From an uncultured Gammaproteobacteria bacterium (GTDB lineage Bacteria; Patescibacteriota; Patescibacteriia; UBA2591; UBA6264): a DNA stretch of 38,964 nt. Positions 8,304-17,480 of this stretch are shown here, in pieces; the stretch's first letter is position 1, and every line of letters starts with the position of its first letter. The position numbers and the translations under genes are program-made. Under the pieces are notes generated by a model that did no database searches, was not told where the DNA came from, and saw only the letters and a program-made list of their open reading frames with translations. Location: positions 1 to 38,964 of the forward strand of contig CAZGUY010000005.1 in the NCBI GenBank assembly GCA_964528795.1, read 5' to 3'.

Positions 8304-8837
8304 ATGGAAGTAAAAGCAAGAGCAAATTATCAACATATTTCACCAAAAAAAGCACGGTTAGTAGCCGATGCAGTTAAAGGTATGGATCTAGATAAAGCTT
8401 TAAATCAATTGGAATTTATTCAAAAAAAAGCCTCTGGTATCATTTTAAAAGCTTTAAAATCAGCTCTTGCTAATGCAACACACAATTTTAATATGGATGA
8501 AGATAATTTATTTGTTAAAAACATTATTGTTAATGAAGGACCAACTTTAAAACGACAAAAAGCTAGAGCAATGGGTAGGGCTATGCTTATTAGAAAAAGA
8601 AGGTCTCATATTGAAATAGTTTTAGAACAAAAGGAAAAAAGAGCTGTTAAGAAGAAAACAGGTGAAACCATAGAAGAGCCAGATATTAAAGAAGTTTCAA
8701 AAGATGAAATTTCAGATAAAGATGATATTTCAAAAGGCAAAGAACAAAAACCAAAAGATAAAGATAGAATAGACAAAGAAAACCAAAAAAAGAAAAGTCA
8801 TCCTGTTAAAAAGATGTTTAGAAGAAAAAACGTTTAA
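8304..8837 (+). CDS. rplV: 50S ribosomal protein L22 with a ~65-aa charged C-terminal tail
   Basis: ISPKKARLVADAVKG core, then a KE/KD-rich extension. Confidence 0.93.
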   Translation: MEVKARANYQHISPKKARLVADAVKGMDLDKALNQLEFIQKKASGIILKALKSALANATHNFNMDEDNLFVKNIIVNEGPTLKRQKARAMGRAMLIRKRRSHIEIVLEQKEKRAVKKKTGETIEEPDIKEVSKDEISDKDDISKGKEQKPKDKDRIDKENQKKKSHPVKKMFRRKNV

Positions 8838-8851
8838 TTTAATTAAAATAT

Positions 8852-9565
8852 ATGGGTAGAAAAATAAATCCAAAAATATTTCGAATTCCCTTTATAAAAA
8901 AATGGGATTCAAAATGGTTTGGTAATAAAAATGAATATAGAAAACTTTTAAAAGAAGATTTAGCAATCAGAGAATTTTTAGAACAAGAATTAAAGGGTGG
9001 AGGAGTATCAAGAATTGAATTAGAAAGATTAGCTAAAAAGATAAATATTACTATTCATACTGCTAAACCAGGTCTTGTTATTGGAAGAGGTGGTGCACAA
9101 ATTGAAAAACTTAAAGATAAATTAAGAGATAAATTTTTAGAAAAAGGACATAAACTGGAAGTTAATGTAGTAGAAGAAAATAATCCAATGCTTTCAGCTT
9201 CAGTAGTATTAGAAAATATTGTTGAAGGCTTAGAAAAAAGAATTCCTTACAGAAGAGTAATTAAAAAAGCTATTAGAGATGTAAAATCCTCTGACGCTAA
9301 AGGAGTAAAAGTTCAAGTTAGTGGTCGTTTAGCTGGAACAGATATTGCAAGAACTGAAAAGTTAAGTTGGGGTAAGTTACCTCTTCATACTCTTCGTTCA
9401 GATATAGATTATGCTAAGGGGGTTGCAGCTACAATTTATGGATCTATCGGAGTTAAGGTTTGGATCTATCGTGGTAAGAAATTTGGTAGAGAAGTAAAAA
9501 TAGAAGACAAGAACAACAAGAAAAATAAAAAGAAAAAAAATAAAAAATCTAAGAAAAATAAATAG
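8852..9565 (+). CDS. rpsC: 30S ribosomal protein S3
   Basis: GRKINPKIFR start, KH motif GLVIGRGGAQIEKLK. K-rich C-terminus. Confidence 0.96.
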   Translation: MGRKINPKIFRIPFIKKWDSKWFGNKNEYRKLLKEDLAIREFLEQELKGGGVSRIELERLAKKINITIHTAKPGLVIGRGGAQIEKLKDKLRDKFLEKGHKLEVNVVEENNPMLSASVVLENIVEGLEKRIPYRRVIKKAIRDVKSSDAKGVKVQVSGRLAGTDIARTEKLSWGKLPLHTLRSDIDYAKGVAATIYGSIGVKVWIYRGKKFGREVKIEDKNNKKNKKKKNKKSKKNK

Positions 9566-9584
9566 TTAATTTTAATATACATTT

Positions 9585-9998
9585 ATGTTAATGCCGAAAA
9601 AGGTAAAATATAGAAAAACCCAAAAAGGACGTCGCCGCAACAAAGGCGTAGCAGGTCGAGGTACCACTATTGAATTTGGAGAGTACGCTCTTAAATCAAT
9701 GGAGCCTAAATGGATTACTTCAAGACAAATTGAAGCTTGTAGAAAGGTCTTTGTTAGGAATTTTGATAAAGGTGGTAAACTTTGGATTAGAATTTTTCCT
9801 GATAAACCAGTTACTAAAAAAGGTTTAGAACTCCCTATGGGAGGTGGTAAAGGTGAGCTTGATCATTTTGTAGCTCCAGTAAAGCCAGGTAGAATCATTT
9901 TTGAATTAGCTGGTCTTGATGAAGCTACTACAAGAAAGCTTTTTAAAAAGGCATCACATAAATTACCTGTTAAAACAAAAGTGATTAAGAAAAAATAA
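9585..9998 (+). CDS. rplP: 50S ribosomal protein L16
   Basis: [11 protein letters not shown] start, PMGGGKG motif. Confidence 0.96.
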   Translation: MLMPKKVKYRKTQKGRRRNKGVAGRGTTIEFGEYALKSMEPKWITSRQIEACRKVFVRNFDKGGKLWIRIFPDKPVTKKGLELPMGGGKGELDHFVAPVKPGRIIFELAGLDEATTRKLFKKASHKLPVKTKVIKKK

Positions 9999-10001
9999 AT
10001 T

Positions 10002-10196
10002 ATGAAAGTTAAAGAATTAAGACAAAAAAGCAAGAATGAATTAAATTCTCTTTTAAAGGAGAAAAGAGAAAAATTGCGTGGTTTAAGATTTGATGTCTCT
10101 TTAAAGCAATCAAAAAATGTAAGACAAATTCGAAATCTTAGAAAAGATATAGCTCGTATTCTTACTGTTTTAAATCAAAACAAAAATAATAAATAA
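10002..10196 (+). CDS. rpmC: 50S ribosomal protein L29
   Basis: 64 aa, KVKELRQKS..EL.. pattern. Position between rplP and rpsQ. Confidence 0.9.
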   Translation: MKVKELRQKSKNELNSLLKEKREKLRGLRFDVSLKQSKNVRQIRNLRKDIARILTVLNQNKNNK

Positions 10197-10201
10197 ATTT
10201 T

Positions 10202-10438
10202 ATGGCAAAAAAAAGATTTCAAGGACAAGTAGTTTCTGATAAAATGGACAAAACAATTGTTGTTAAGGTAGAAAGAACAAAAATGCATCCTTTATACAAA
10301 AAAAGATATAAAGTCCACAAAAAATATAAAGTTCATGATGAAGAAAATAGGGCTAAAGAAGGTCAAGAAGTTCTTTTTGAAGAATGTCGCCCTATTTCTA
10401 AAGATAAGAAGTGGAGATTAATCAAAGTTTTAGATTAA
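10202..10438 (+). CDS. rpsQ: 30S ribosomal protein S17
   Basis: FQGQVVSDKMDKTIVVKVER...HPLYKK. Confidence 0.93.
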   Translation: MAKKRFQGQVVSDKMDKTIVVKVERTKMHPLYKKRYKVHKKYKVHDEENRAKEGQEVLFEECRPISKDKKWRLIKVLD

Positions 10439-10447
10439 AAGATATAT

Positions 10448-10813
10448 ATGATTCAACCAGAAACTAAATTAAAAGTTATTGATAATACAGGAGCAAATAT
10501 TATTCAATGTATTAGAGTTTTAGGAAGCGGTAAAAGACCAACCGCTACTGTTGGCGATGTTATAGTTGCTACTGTTAAAAAAGCTACCCCAAGAAAGGAA
10601 GTTAAAAAAGGGGACGTAGTTAAAGCTGTGGTTGTTAGAACTAAAAAAGAAATTTCTCGAGATAATGGAGTTTATATGAGATTTGATGATAATGCAGCTG
10701 TAATTTTAGACGGTAAAAAACCAAAAGGAAATAGAATTTTTGGAGCAGTTGCTAAAGAATTAAGAGCTAAAGGTTTTCAAAATGTAATTTCTTTATCACC
10801 AGAAGTATTATGA
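10448..10813 (+). CDS. rplN: 50S ribosomal protein L14
   Basis: [16 protein letters not shown] start. 121 aa. Confidence 0.97.
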   Translation: MIQPETKLKVIDNTGANIIQCIRVLGSGKRPTATVGDVIVATVKKATPRKEVKKGDVVKAVVVRTKKEISRDNGVYMRFDDNAAVILDGKKPKGNRIFGAVAKELRAKGFQNVISLSPEVL

Positions 10814-11121
10814 AAATAAAAAAAGATGACAAAGTAAAAATTATATCTGGTAAAGATAAGGGGAGGAAAGGGAAAGTCCTTAAAGCTTTACCTCGCGAAA
10901 ATAAAGTTGTAGTAGAAGGTTTAAACACTGTTGTTAAACATGTTAAACCTAAAAAAAGAGGTAAAAAGGGGCAAAGAGTCAAAATGGCTATGCCAATTGA
11001 TGTTTCTAATGTTAAATTTATCTGTCCTGAATGCAAAAAACCAATTAGAGTAGGTTATAAAATTCTTTCTGACGGCAGAAAAAAAAGGTTTTGCCGAAAG
11101 TGTAAAAATGTTTTTAAATAA
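10810..11121 (+). CDS. rplX: 50S ribosomal protein L24 (KOW domain plus C-terminal CxxC...CxxC)
   Basis: [24 protein letters not shown] motif. C72-P-E-C75 ... C95-R-K-C98. Confidence 0.93.
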   Translation: MKIKKDDKVKIISGKDKGRKGKVLKALPRENKVVVEGLNTVVKHVKPKKRGKKGQRVKMAMPIDVSNVKFICPECKKPIRVGYKILSDGRKKRFCRKCKNVFK

Positions 11122-11128
11122 ATAAAAT

Positions 11129-11701
11129 ATGAGATTAAAGAAAAAATACAAAAAAGAAATAATTTCTAAAATGAAAAAAGATTTTGATTATGATAATGAA
11201 ATGGCTGTACCTGAATTGGAAAAAATTGTTATCAATGTTGGAATTAATAAGAAAAGAAAAGAAAATGATTCTAATTATATTGAATATGTTACTGATATGA
11301 TTGCTCAAATAACTGGTCAAAGACCAAGAATAAATAAATCTAAAAAGTCTATTTCAGGCTTTGATATAAGACAAGGAGAGCCAGTAGGGCTTAGCACGGT
11401 TTTAAGAGGAGAAAAAATGTGGAGTTTTTTAGAAAGATTGATTTTTGTTGCAATGCCTAGAACAAGAGACTTTAGAGGGGTTGACCCTAAAAGCGTTGAT
11501 AAGGCTGGTAACTTGTCTATGGGTCTAAAAAATCAAATGTGTTTCCCGGAAATCGATTCTGAAGAAAATGATAAAACCTTTGGTTTTCAAATAACAGTTG
11601 TTACTTCTACTAATGATAGAGAAAAAGGTTTACAACTTTTAAAATATTTAGAAATTCCTTTTAAAAAGGAGAAAAACAAAAAATCACAAAAAAGTAAATA
11701 G
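11129..11701 (+). CDS. rplE: 50S ribosomal protein L5
   Basis: QRPRINKSKKSISGFDIRQGEPVG, MPRTRDFRG. Confidence 0.95.
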   Translation: MRLKKKYKKEIISKMKKDFDYDNEMAVPELEKIVINVGINKKRKENDSNYIEYVTDMIAQITGQRPRINKSKKSISGFDIRQGEPVGLSTVLRGEKMWSFLERLIFVAMPRTRDFRGVDPKSVDKAGNLSMGLKNQMCFPEIDSEENDKTFGFQITVVTSTNDREKGLQLLKYLEIPFKKEKNKKSQKSK

Positions 11702-11720
11702 TTTAATTTAATATATATTT

Positions 11721-11906
11721 ATGGCTAGAAAAGCTAAAGTCGTAAAATCAAATAAAGAACCTAAATATTCTACTAGAAAAAATAGAAGATGTTTTCGTTG
11801 TGGTAGAGGCCGTGGTTATATGAGAGAATTTGGGCTTTGTAGAATTTGTTTTAGAGAGTTAGCTAGAAAAGGGTTACTACCTGGTGTTAGAAAGAGTAGT
11901 TGGTAA
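11721..11906 (+). CDS. rpsN: 30S ribosomal protein S14, short zinc-binding type Z
   Basis: 61 aa, [20 protein letters not shown] (CxxC-x12-CxxC). Confidence 0.93.
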   Translation: MARKAKVVKSNKEPKYSTRKNRRCFRCGRGRGYMREFGLCRICFRELARKGLLPGVRKSSW

Positions 11907-11959
11907 TCTTTATTTAGGCGTTAAAAATATAAATTTATAAATCGATTAATATTTCATTT

Positions 11960-12376
11960 ATGACTGATCCAATTGCTGACATGTTAACTAGAGTTCGAAA
12001 TTCCCTTGCTGCAAGAAAGCAAGAGGTAAGTGTTCCCTTTTCTAATTTTAAGCTTGCAATTGCTAACCTTTTAAAAAGAGAAGGTTGGATTAAGGACGTA
12101 GAAACAGTTGAGGTTCCTTCTTCTAAAAAAGATAGTTCAGCTATGTTTAAAGAAATAAATATTACTTTAAAGTATGATAAACATGGCCAACCCGTTATTG
12201 ATACTCTTACAAGAATTTCAAAGCCTGGTAGAAGAATTTACAGGCAAGCTGAAGATATTAAAAAGGTGAAAAATGGTTATGGGATGTCTATTATTTCTAC
12301 TTCAGACGGAGTTATGGCCGGGGGAGAAGCTTATAAAAAAGGAAAAGGCGGAGAGCTTATTTGTAAAATATGGTAA
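11960..12376 (+). CDS. rpsH: 30S ribosomal protein S8
   Basis: MTDPIADMLTRVRN start. Confidence 0.95.
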   Translation: MTDPIADMLTRVRNSLAARKQEVSVPFSNFKLAIANLLKREGWIKDVETVEVPSSKKDSSAMFKEINITLKYDKHGQPVIDTLTRISKPGRRIYRQAEDIKKVKNGYGMSIISTSDGVMAGGEAYKKGKGGELICKIW

Positions 12377-12391
12377 TTTAATTTAAAAATT

Positions 12392-12949
12392 ATGTCACAC
12401 ATAGGAAAAAAAGAAATCACAATTCCAGATAAGGTGGAAATAGATATTAAATCAGATAAAATTATAGTCAAAGGTCCAAAAGGTAAGTTGGATCAAAGTT
12501 TACCTGATTGTTTAAATATTGATAAAAAAGAAGATCACCTAAAAGTTTCAGTTAAGAATGCTAAAGTTAAAAGACAACATGCTATTTGGGGAACTTATGC
12601 TCGTCTTATTAAAAATATGATAACTGGTGTAACAAAAGGTTATGAAAAAGAATTAGAATTAGTAGGGGTTGGTTATAAAGTTAATGTTCAAGGTGATACT
12701 TTAAATGTCTTTGTTGGTTATTCTCACAAAGTTCCTTATAAAATTCCTGAAGAAGTAGATATTGAAGCAAAAAAAACTGAAATTAAGGTATCAGGAATTG
12801 ATAAACAAAAAGTTAATCAAGTGGCTGCTGAAATTAGAAGTATTAGAAAGCCTGAACCTTATAAAGGTAAAGGTATTAAATATAAAGATGAGGTTATTAA
12901 GAAAAAACCTGGTAAAAAGGCAGTTTCTGAAGAGGGAATGGGGGCTTAG
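12392..12949 (+). CDS. rplF: 50S ribosomal protein L6
   Basis: SHIGKKEITIPDKV...GVGYKV...PEPYKGKGIKY. Confidence 0.95.
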   Translation: MSHIGKKEITIPDKVEIDIKSDKIIVKGPKGKLDQSLPDCLNIDKKEDHLKVSVKNAKVKRQHAIWGTYARLIKNMITGVTKGYEKELELVGVGYKVNVQGDTLNVFVGYSHKVPYKIPEEVDIEAKKTEIKVSGIDKQKVNQVAAEIRSIRKPEPYKGKGIKYKDEVIKKKPGKKAVSEEGMGA

Positions 12950-12976
12950 TTAAAAATTTTAATAATATTTTAATTT

Positions 12977-13333
12977 ATGACTAACGAGTTAAAAAGAAAA
13001 AAACGACATAGAAGAGTAAGGGGAAAAGTTTCTGGTACTAAAAAGAGACCAAGACTTTCCATTTTTAAAAGTAATAAGTTTACATATGCTCAGATTATAA
13101 ATGATAAAACTGGTGAAACTTTAGTTAGTGCTGATTCCAGAGAAGTTTTAAATAAAAAAAATAAAAATAAATTAACAAAAGTAAAAGCAGCTAAAAAAAC
13201 AGGAGAACTTTTAGCTAAGCGTGCCAAAAAGAAGAAAATCAAAAAAGTTGTTTTTGATAGAAGTGGTTATGATTTTCATGGTAGGGTAAAAGCTTTAGCA
13301 AAAGGGGCACGTGATAAAGGATTAAACTTTTAA
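12977..13333 (+). CDS. rplR: 50S ribosomal protein L18
   Basis: [18 protein letters not shown]...[16 protein letters not shown]. Confidence 0.93.
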   Translation: MTNELKRKKRHRRVRGKVSGTKKRPRLSIFKSNKFTYAQIINDKTGETLVSADSREVLNKKNKNKLTKVKAAKKTGELLAKRAKKKKIKKVVFDRSGYDFHGRVKALAKGARDKGLNF

Positions 13334-13340
13334 ATAAATT

Positions 13341-13817
13341 ATGTCAAAGAAAAAAAATAAAAAATCAAAAAAGAAAAAAGGTAGAAAGAAAAGAGAATTT
13401 GATCAAGACTTAGTTGATCTTGCTCGAGTAGTAAGAGTTATAAAGGGTGGTAGACGCCTTAGGTTTAGAGCTTGTATTGTTATAGGCAATAAAAAGGGTA
13501 AAGTTGGTGTTGGAGTAGCAAAAGGCTCGGATGTTCCTATAGCAATTAAAAAAGCAGTTAAGCAAGCTAAAAAGAACATTATTGAAGTTCCAATTGAAAA
13601 TGGAACTATTCCTCATAGTATAAAGACAAAACTAGGTGCTTCAAGAATTCTTTTAAGACCAGCTCCAAAAGGACACGGAATTATTGCAGGCGGAGTAGTG
13701 CGTGTAATTTTGAATTTGGCTGGAGTAAAAAATGCTACTGGTAAAATTTTAGGCTCTAACAATTCCTTGAATAATGCTAAGGCAATGATCAAAGCCTTAC
13801 AATCTTTTAAAGTATAA
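13341..13817 (+). CDS. rpsE: 30S ribosomal protein S5 (K-rich N-terminus)
   Basis: VVRVIKGGRRLRFRA...GVGVAKG...GHGIIAGG. Confidence 0.95.
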   Translation: MSKKKNKKSKKKKGRKKREFDQDLVDLARVVRVIKGGRRLRFRACIVIGNKKGKVGVGVAKGSDVPIAIKKAVKQAKKNIIEVPIENGTIPHSIKTKLGASRILLRPAPKGHGIIAGGVVRVILNLAGVKNATGKILGSNNSLNNAKAMIKALQSFKV

Positions 13818-13822
13818 AATTT

Positions 13823-14272
13823 ATGTCTTTGAAATTATCTAATTTAAAACCAAAAAAGGGATCAAAGTCCTCTAAAAAGAGGGTAGGCCGAGGTAATTCT
13901 TCAGGTTATGGTACTTATGCTGGTCGAGGTATGAATGGTCAAAGATCTCGCTCTGGTGGTAAAAAAGGTTTGAAGTTAAAAGGCTTTAGAAGTGTTTTAA
14001 AAAGAATTCCAAAACTAAAAGGATTTAAAAGTATTCATGAAAAACCAGCCATTGTTAATCTTTTAACTCTTCAAAATAAATTTAAATCAGGTGATACAGT
14101 TGATATCGATATCTTAAAAGAAAAGGGTGTTTTGTCAAACAAAGAAAAACATGTTAAAATTTTAGGCAAAGGTAAGATAAAAAAGAAATTAATCGTAAAA
14201 GCTGATGCTTTTTCAAAAAGTGCAGAAAAAGCTATAAAAGACGCAGATGGCAAGGTTATTAAAACAAAATAA
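13823..14272 (+). CDS. rplO: 50S ribosomal protein L15
   Basis: GRGNSSGYGTYAGRGMNGQRSRSGG. Starts 5 nt after rpsE, so there is no room for rpmD. Confidence 0.93.
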   Translation: MSLKLSNLKPKKGSKSSKKRVGRGNSSGYGTYAGRGMNGQRSRSGGKKGLKLKGFRSVLKRIPKLKGFKSIHEKPAIVNLLTLQNKFKSGDTVDIDILKEKGVLSNKEKHVKILGKGKIKKKLIVKADAFSKSAEKAIKDADGKVIKTK

Positions 14273-14284
14273 ATTTATTTATTC

Positions 14285-15565
14285 ATGTTTATTGATAAAT
14301 TAAAAAGAATTTGGGCAATTAAAGATCTTAGAAAAAAGATTTTGTTTGTTTTAGCAATGCTTATAATCTTTAGAATAGCTGCTCATATTCCTGTTCCTGG
14401 TGTAAATGTGGCTGAATTAAAAGAACTTTTTTCTCAAAATCAAATGCTTGGCATGCTTAATGTAATGTCAGGTGGAGCTATGAGTAACTTTTCTGTAGTA
14501 GCAATGGGTGTTGCTCCTTTTATTACTGCTTCAATTATTATGCAGCTTTTAACCATGATTGTCCCAAAATTAGAAGAACTTTCTAAATCAGGCCCAGAAG
14601 GTAGAAAAAAAATTAATCAATATTCAAGATATTTAACTGTACCTCTGGCAATTTTTCAATCATATGGAATGATTGCTCTTTTAAAACAATCATCAGCCTC
14701 AATTGTTCAAAGTCTGTCTTTAATTCAGACTCTTCATATAATGCTTGTTATGACAGCTGGGACAGTCTTTTTGATGTGGCTTGGTGAACTTATTACAGAA
14801 AAAAATATTGGTAACGGTATATCTTTAATTATATTTGCTGGTATTGTTGAAAGAATTCCATCTGCTTTGCAACAAATTGTTGTTACCTTTACAGCGGCTA
14901 AGGTTATGGAACTTTTAGTACTTACTGGTTTAGCTGTAATTACAATTGCCGGAGTAGTTTTAATAACTCAAGCTCAAAGAAATATTCCTGTTACTTATGC
15001 TAGGAGAGTTAGAGGTAGAAAAATGTATGGTGGTCAAGACACTTACCTTCCTTTAAAAGTTAATCAAGCTGGAATGATTCCGATTATTTTTGCAATTTCA
15101 GTTGTTTTGTTTCCTGGCTTAATAGGGAAGCTTATGATGAGGTCTAGTACAGCTTTTATTGCTAATATTGGAGAATTTTTATCAGGTATGATGAATAATC
15201 AATTGATTTATGGAATTATTTACTTTGGCTTAGTAGTTGCTTTTGCTTACTTTTATACTAGTATTGTTTTTCATCCGGATGAAATTTCTGAAAATCTTCA
15301 AAAACAAGGTGGTTTTATACCAGGTATAAGACCAGGAGATCATACAGCTAATTATTTATCTAACATAAGTAAAAGAGTTATGTTTGCTGGAGCAATGTCC
15401 TTAGGTTTAATTGCTGTTTTACCAGTTATAATTCAAAATACTTTTCAAACTTCAAGTTTTGTTGTAGGTGGGGCAGCTGTTTTAATTGTGGTTAGTGTAG
15501 TTTTAAGAACGGTCAAGCAAATAAAAGCTCAAATTTCAATGCACGAATACGAAGGAGGAGCTTAA
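14285..15565 (+). CDS. secY: preprotein translocase subunit SecY
   Basis: 426 aa, 10 TM. Canonical position after rplO, GNGISLIIFAGIV motif. Confidence 0.97.
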   Translation: MFIDKLKRIWAIKDLRKKILFVLAMLIIFRIAAHIPVPGVNVAELKELFSQNQMLGMLNVMSGGAMSNFSVVAMGVAPFITASIIMQLLTMIVPKLEELSKSGPEGRKKINQYSRYLTVPLAIFQSYGMIALLKQSSASIVQSLSLIQTLHIMLVMTAGTVFLMWLGELITEKNIGNGISLIIFAGIVERIPSALQQIVVTFTAAKVMELLVLTGLAVITIAGVVLITQAQRNIPVTYARRVRGRKMYGGQDTYLPLKVNQAGMIPIIFAISVVLFPGLIGKLMMRSSTAFIANIGEFLSGMMNNQLIYGIIYFGLVVAFAYFYTSIVFHPDEISENLQKQGGFIPGIRPGDHTANYLSNISKRVMFAGAMSLGLIAVLPVIIQNTFQTSSFVVGGAAVLIVVSVVLRTVKQIKAQISMHEYEGGA

Positions 15566-15577
15566 TTTTTAAAAAAC

Positions 15578-16228
15578 ATGGATACTTTAAATATAATACT
15601 TTTGGGTCCCCAAGGAGCAGGTAAAGGAACTCAAGCTAAAAAATTAGTTGATGAATATGGTTTAAAACATTTGGAAATTGGCCAAGCTTTGAGAAAAATA
15701 GCTAAAAAAGAAACAGATCTTGGCAAAAGAGTAGCCAATACTATAAACAAGGGTAATATGGTACCCGTTTCAATGGTTTCAGAGATTATTGAAGCAGAGA
15801 TTAAAAAAACCTCTGATGATCAAGGAATAATTTTTGATGGCACACCAAGAAGATTAGCTGAAATTAAACCTTTAAAAGAAAATTTAGCTAAACATGGGAG
15901 AAAAATAACCCATGTCTTTTTTATTTCAATAACAGAAAAACAAACTATAAAAAGACTTCAAAAACGAAAAGTTTGTCAAAAATGTGGTACCCCTTTTATA
16001 ATAGGAAAAACAATTAAAAAAGATGAAACTACTTGTCCTAAATGTGGAGGAGAGGTGGTAAGGAGAAAAGATGAAACTAAGGAAGCTATTAAGAAAAGAC
16101 TTTCCTTGTATCATAAAAAAACCGATCCAGTAGTAGATTATTTTAATAAAAAAGATAAATTAATTAAAATTGATGGGAATCAATCAATAGAAAAAGTCTT
16201 TAAGGAGATAGTTTCTCATTTAAATTAA
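15578..16228 (+). CDS. adk: adenylate kinase (zinc-lid type)
   Basis: LLGPQGAGKGTQA P-loop. Lid has CQKCG...CPKCGG. Confidence 0.95.
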   Translation: MDTLNIILLGPQGAGKGTQAKKLVDEYGLKHLEIGQALRKIAKKETDLGKRVANTINKGNMVPVSMVSEIIEAEIKKTSDDQGIIFDGTPRRLAEIKPLKENLAKHGRKITHVFFISITEKQTIKRLQKRKVCQKCGTPFIIGKTIKKDETTCPKCGGEVVRRKDETKEAIKKRLSLYHKKTDPVVDYFNKKDKLIKIDGNQSIEKVFKEIVSHLN

Positions 16229-16257
16229 GTTTTGTAAAAAATAATATAATTTAGTTT

Positions 16258-17022
16258 ATGATACCCATAAAAAATAAAAAGGAAATTAAAAATATGAGAA
16301 AAGCTGGTTCTCTTTTAGCTGAAATCCTAAGTAAAGTTACTAAAGAAATTGAGTCGGGCGTAACTACTTTTGAATTAAATAAGTTAGCTGAAAGATTAAT
16401 TAAACAAGCCGGAGCAAAACCGGCTTTTAAGGGCTTTAAATCAAATGGGAAAATTTTTCCAGCTGCTTTATGTACTTCTATTAACCAAGAGGTAGTTCAT
16501 GGTATTCCAAGTAAACAAAAAACTTTGGAAAGAGGAGATATAATTGGAGTCGATTGTGGTTTAAAATTAAATGGATATTATGCTGATATGGCAAGAACAA
16601 TTCCAGTTGGCAAGCCTAATGACAAAGTTTCTAAACTTTTAACAATAACTAGAGAATGTTTAAAAAGGGGAATAGATGCTGCTCGGGCCGGGGCTTGTTT
16701 GGGAGACATTTCAAATGCGATCCAAACTCATGCTGAAAAGAATGGTTTTTCAGTAGTTAGAGATTTAGCTGGTCATGGAATTGGTAAAAAGCTTCATGAG
16801 GAGCCAAATATTTTTAATTTTGGAGAACCAGAAACTGGCCCTGTTTTAAAGCCAGGTATGACTTTTGCTCTAGAGCCCATGATTAATGTAGGGGGTCATG
16901 AAGTTAAAACTAAAAAAGATGGTTGGACAATCGTTACTAAAGATGATTCTTTGTCAGCTCATTTTGAAAATACAATTTTAATTACTAAATCAGGAGCCGA
17001 GATATTAACTAGAGTAAAATAA
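16258..17022 (+). CDS. map: type I methionine aminopeptidase
   Basis: DCGLKLNGYYADMARTI, HGIGKKLHEEP, LEPMIN, HFENTI metal-ligand motifs. Confidence 0.96.
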   Translation: MIPIKNKKEIKNMRKAGSLLAEILSKVTKEIESGVTTFELNKLAERLIKQAGAKPAFKGFKSNGKIFPAALCTSINQEVVHGIPSKQKTLERGDIIGVDCGLKLNGYYADMARTIPVGKPNDKVSKLLTITRECLKRGIDAARAGACLGDISNAIQTHAEKNGFSVVRDLAGHGIGKKLHEEPNIFNFGEPETGPVLKPGMTFALEPMINVGGHEVKTKKDGWTIVTKDDSLSAHFENTILITKSGAEILTRVK

Positions 17023-17047
17023 TGGACTTAAATAAAAAGCTTTAAGG

Positions 17048-17075
17048 ACTACAAGATTTTTCTTGTAGTTTTTTA
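17048..17075 (+). terminator. intrinsic terminator ending the S10-spc-secY-adk-map unit
   Basis: ACTACAAGA-tttt-TCTTGTAGT, a perfect 9-bp stem followed by TTTTT. Confidence 0.8.
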
Positions 17076-17089
17076 TTATTTAAGCTTTT

Positions 17090-17098
17090 TGCTATAAT
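17090..17098 (+). promoter_or_regulatory. extended -10 promoter (TGcTATAAT) positioned for a leaderless ruvX mRNA
   Basis: TATAAT at 17093-17098. The A of the ruvX ATG (17105) is the 7th nt downstream. Confidence 0.45.
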
Positions 17099-17104
17099 AA
17101 AAGT

Positions 17105-17479
17105 ATGTATATTTTAGGAATAGACTACGGTCAAAAAAATATTGGCATTGCTATAGCTGACAAAGAGTTAGGAGTGGCTATGCCTTATAAAAATGTTAAA
17201 AATAAAGATTTTTTGTCTTTTTTAAAAGATATTATAAAAGAAATGAAAATAGGGGAAGTAATCGTTGGTTTACCGGTTGGTTTAGAAGGAGAAAAGACTG
17301 ATTTTACTAAACCGGCCCAGGATTTTATAAAAAAACTTAAAAAAGAACTTGAAATTCCAGTTTTTGAATTTGATGAAAGATTTACTACTCAAATGGCTAA
17401 AAAATTAATTGGAAAAGAACCAACCCATAAAGTGGCAGCTCAAATTATTCTTCAAAATTATCTTGATAAAAACAATTAA
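17105..17479 (+). CDS. ruvX: YqgF/RuvX-family putative pre-16S rRNA nuclease / Holliday junction resolvase-like protein
   Basis: ILGIDYGQKNIGIAIAD N-terminal motif. 124 aa. Confidence 0.85.
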   Translation: MYILGIDYGQKNIGIAIADKELGVAMPYKNVKNKDFLSFLKDIIKEMKIGEVIVGLPVGLEGEKTDFTKPAQDFIKKLKKELEIPVFEFDERFTTQMAKKLIGKEPTHKVAAQIILQNYLDKNN

Positions 17480-17480
17480 T

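Noticed and set aside
17409-17480. Upstream start (ATG 17409) offered by the ORF track for the MraY/WecA-type transferase.
   Set aside because: It would overlap ruvX by 71 nt and add a non-hydrophobic 24-aa prefix. The ATG at 17481, directly after the ruvX stop, begins the first TM helix.
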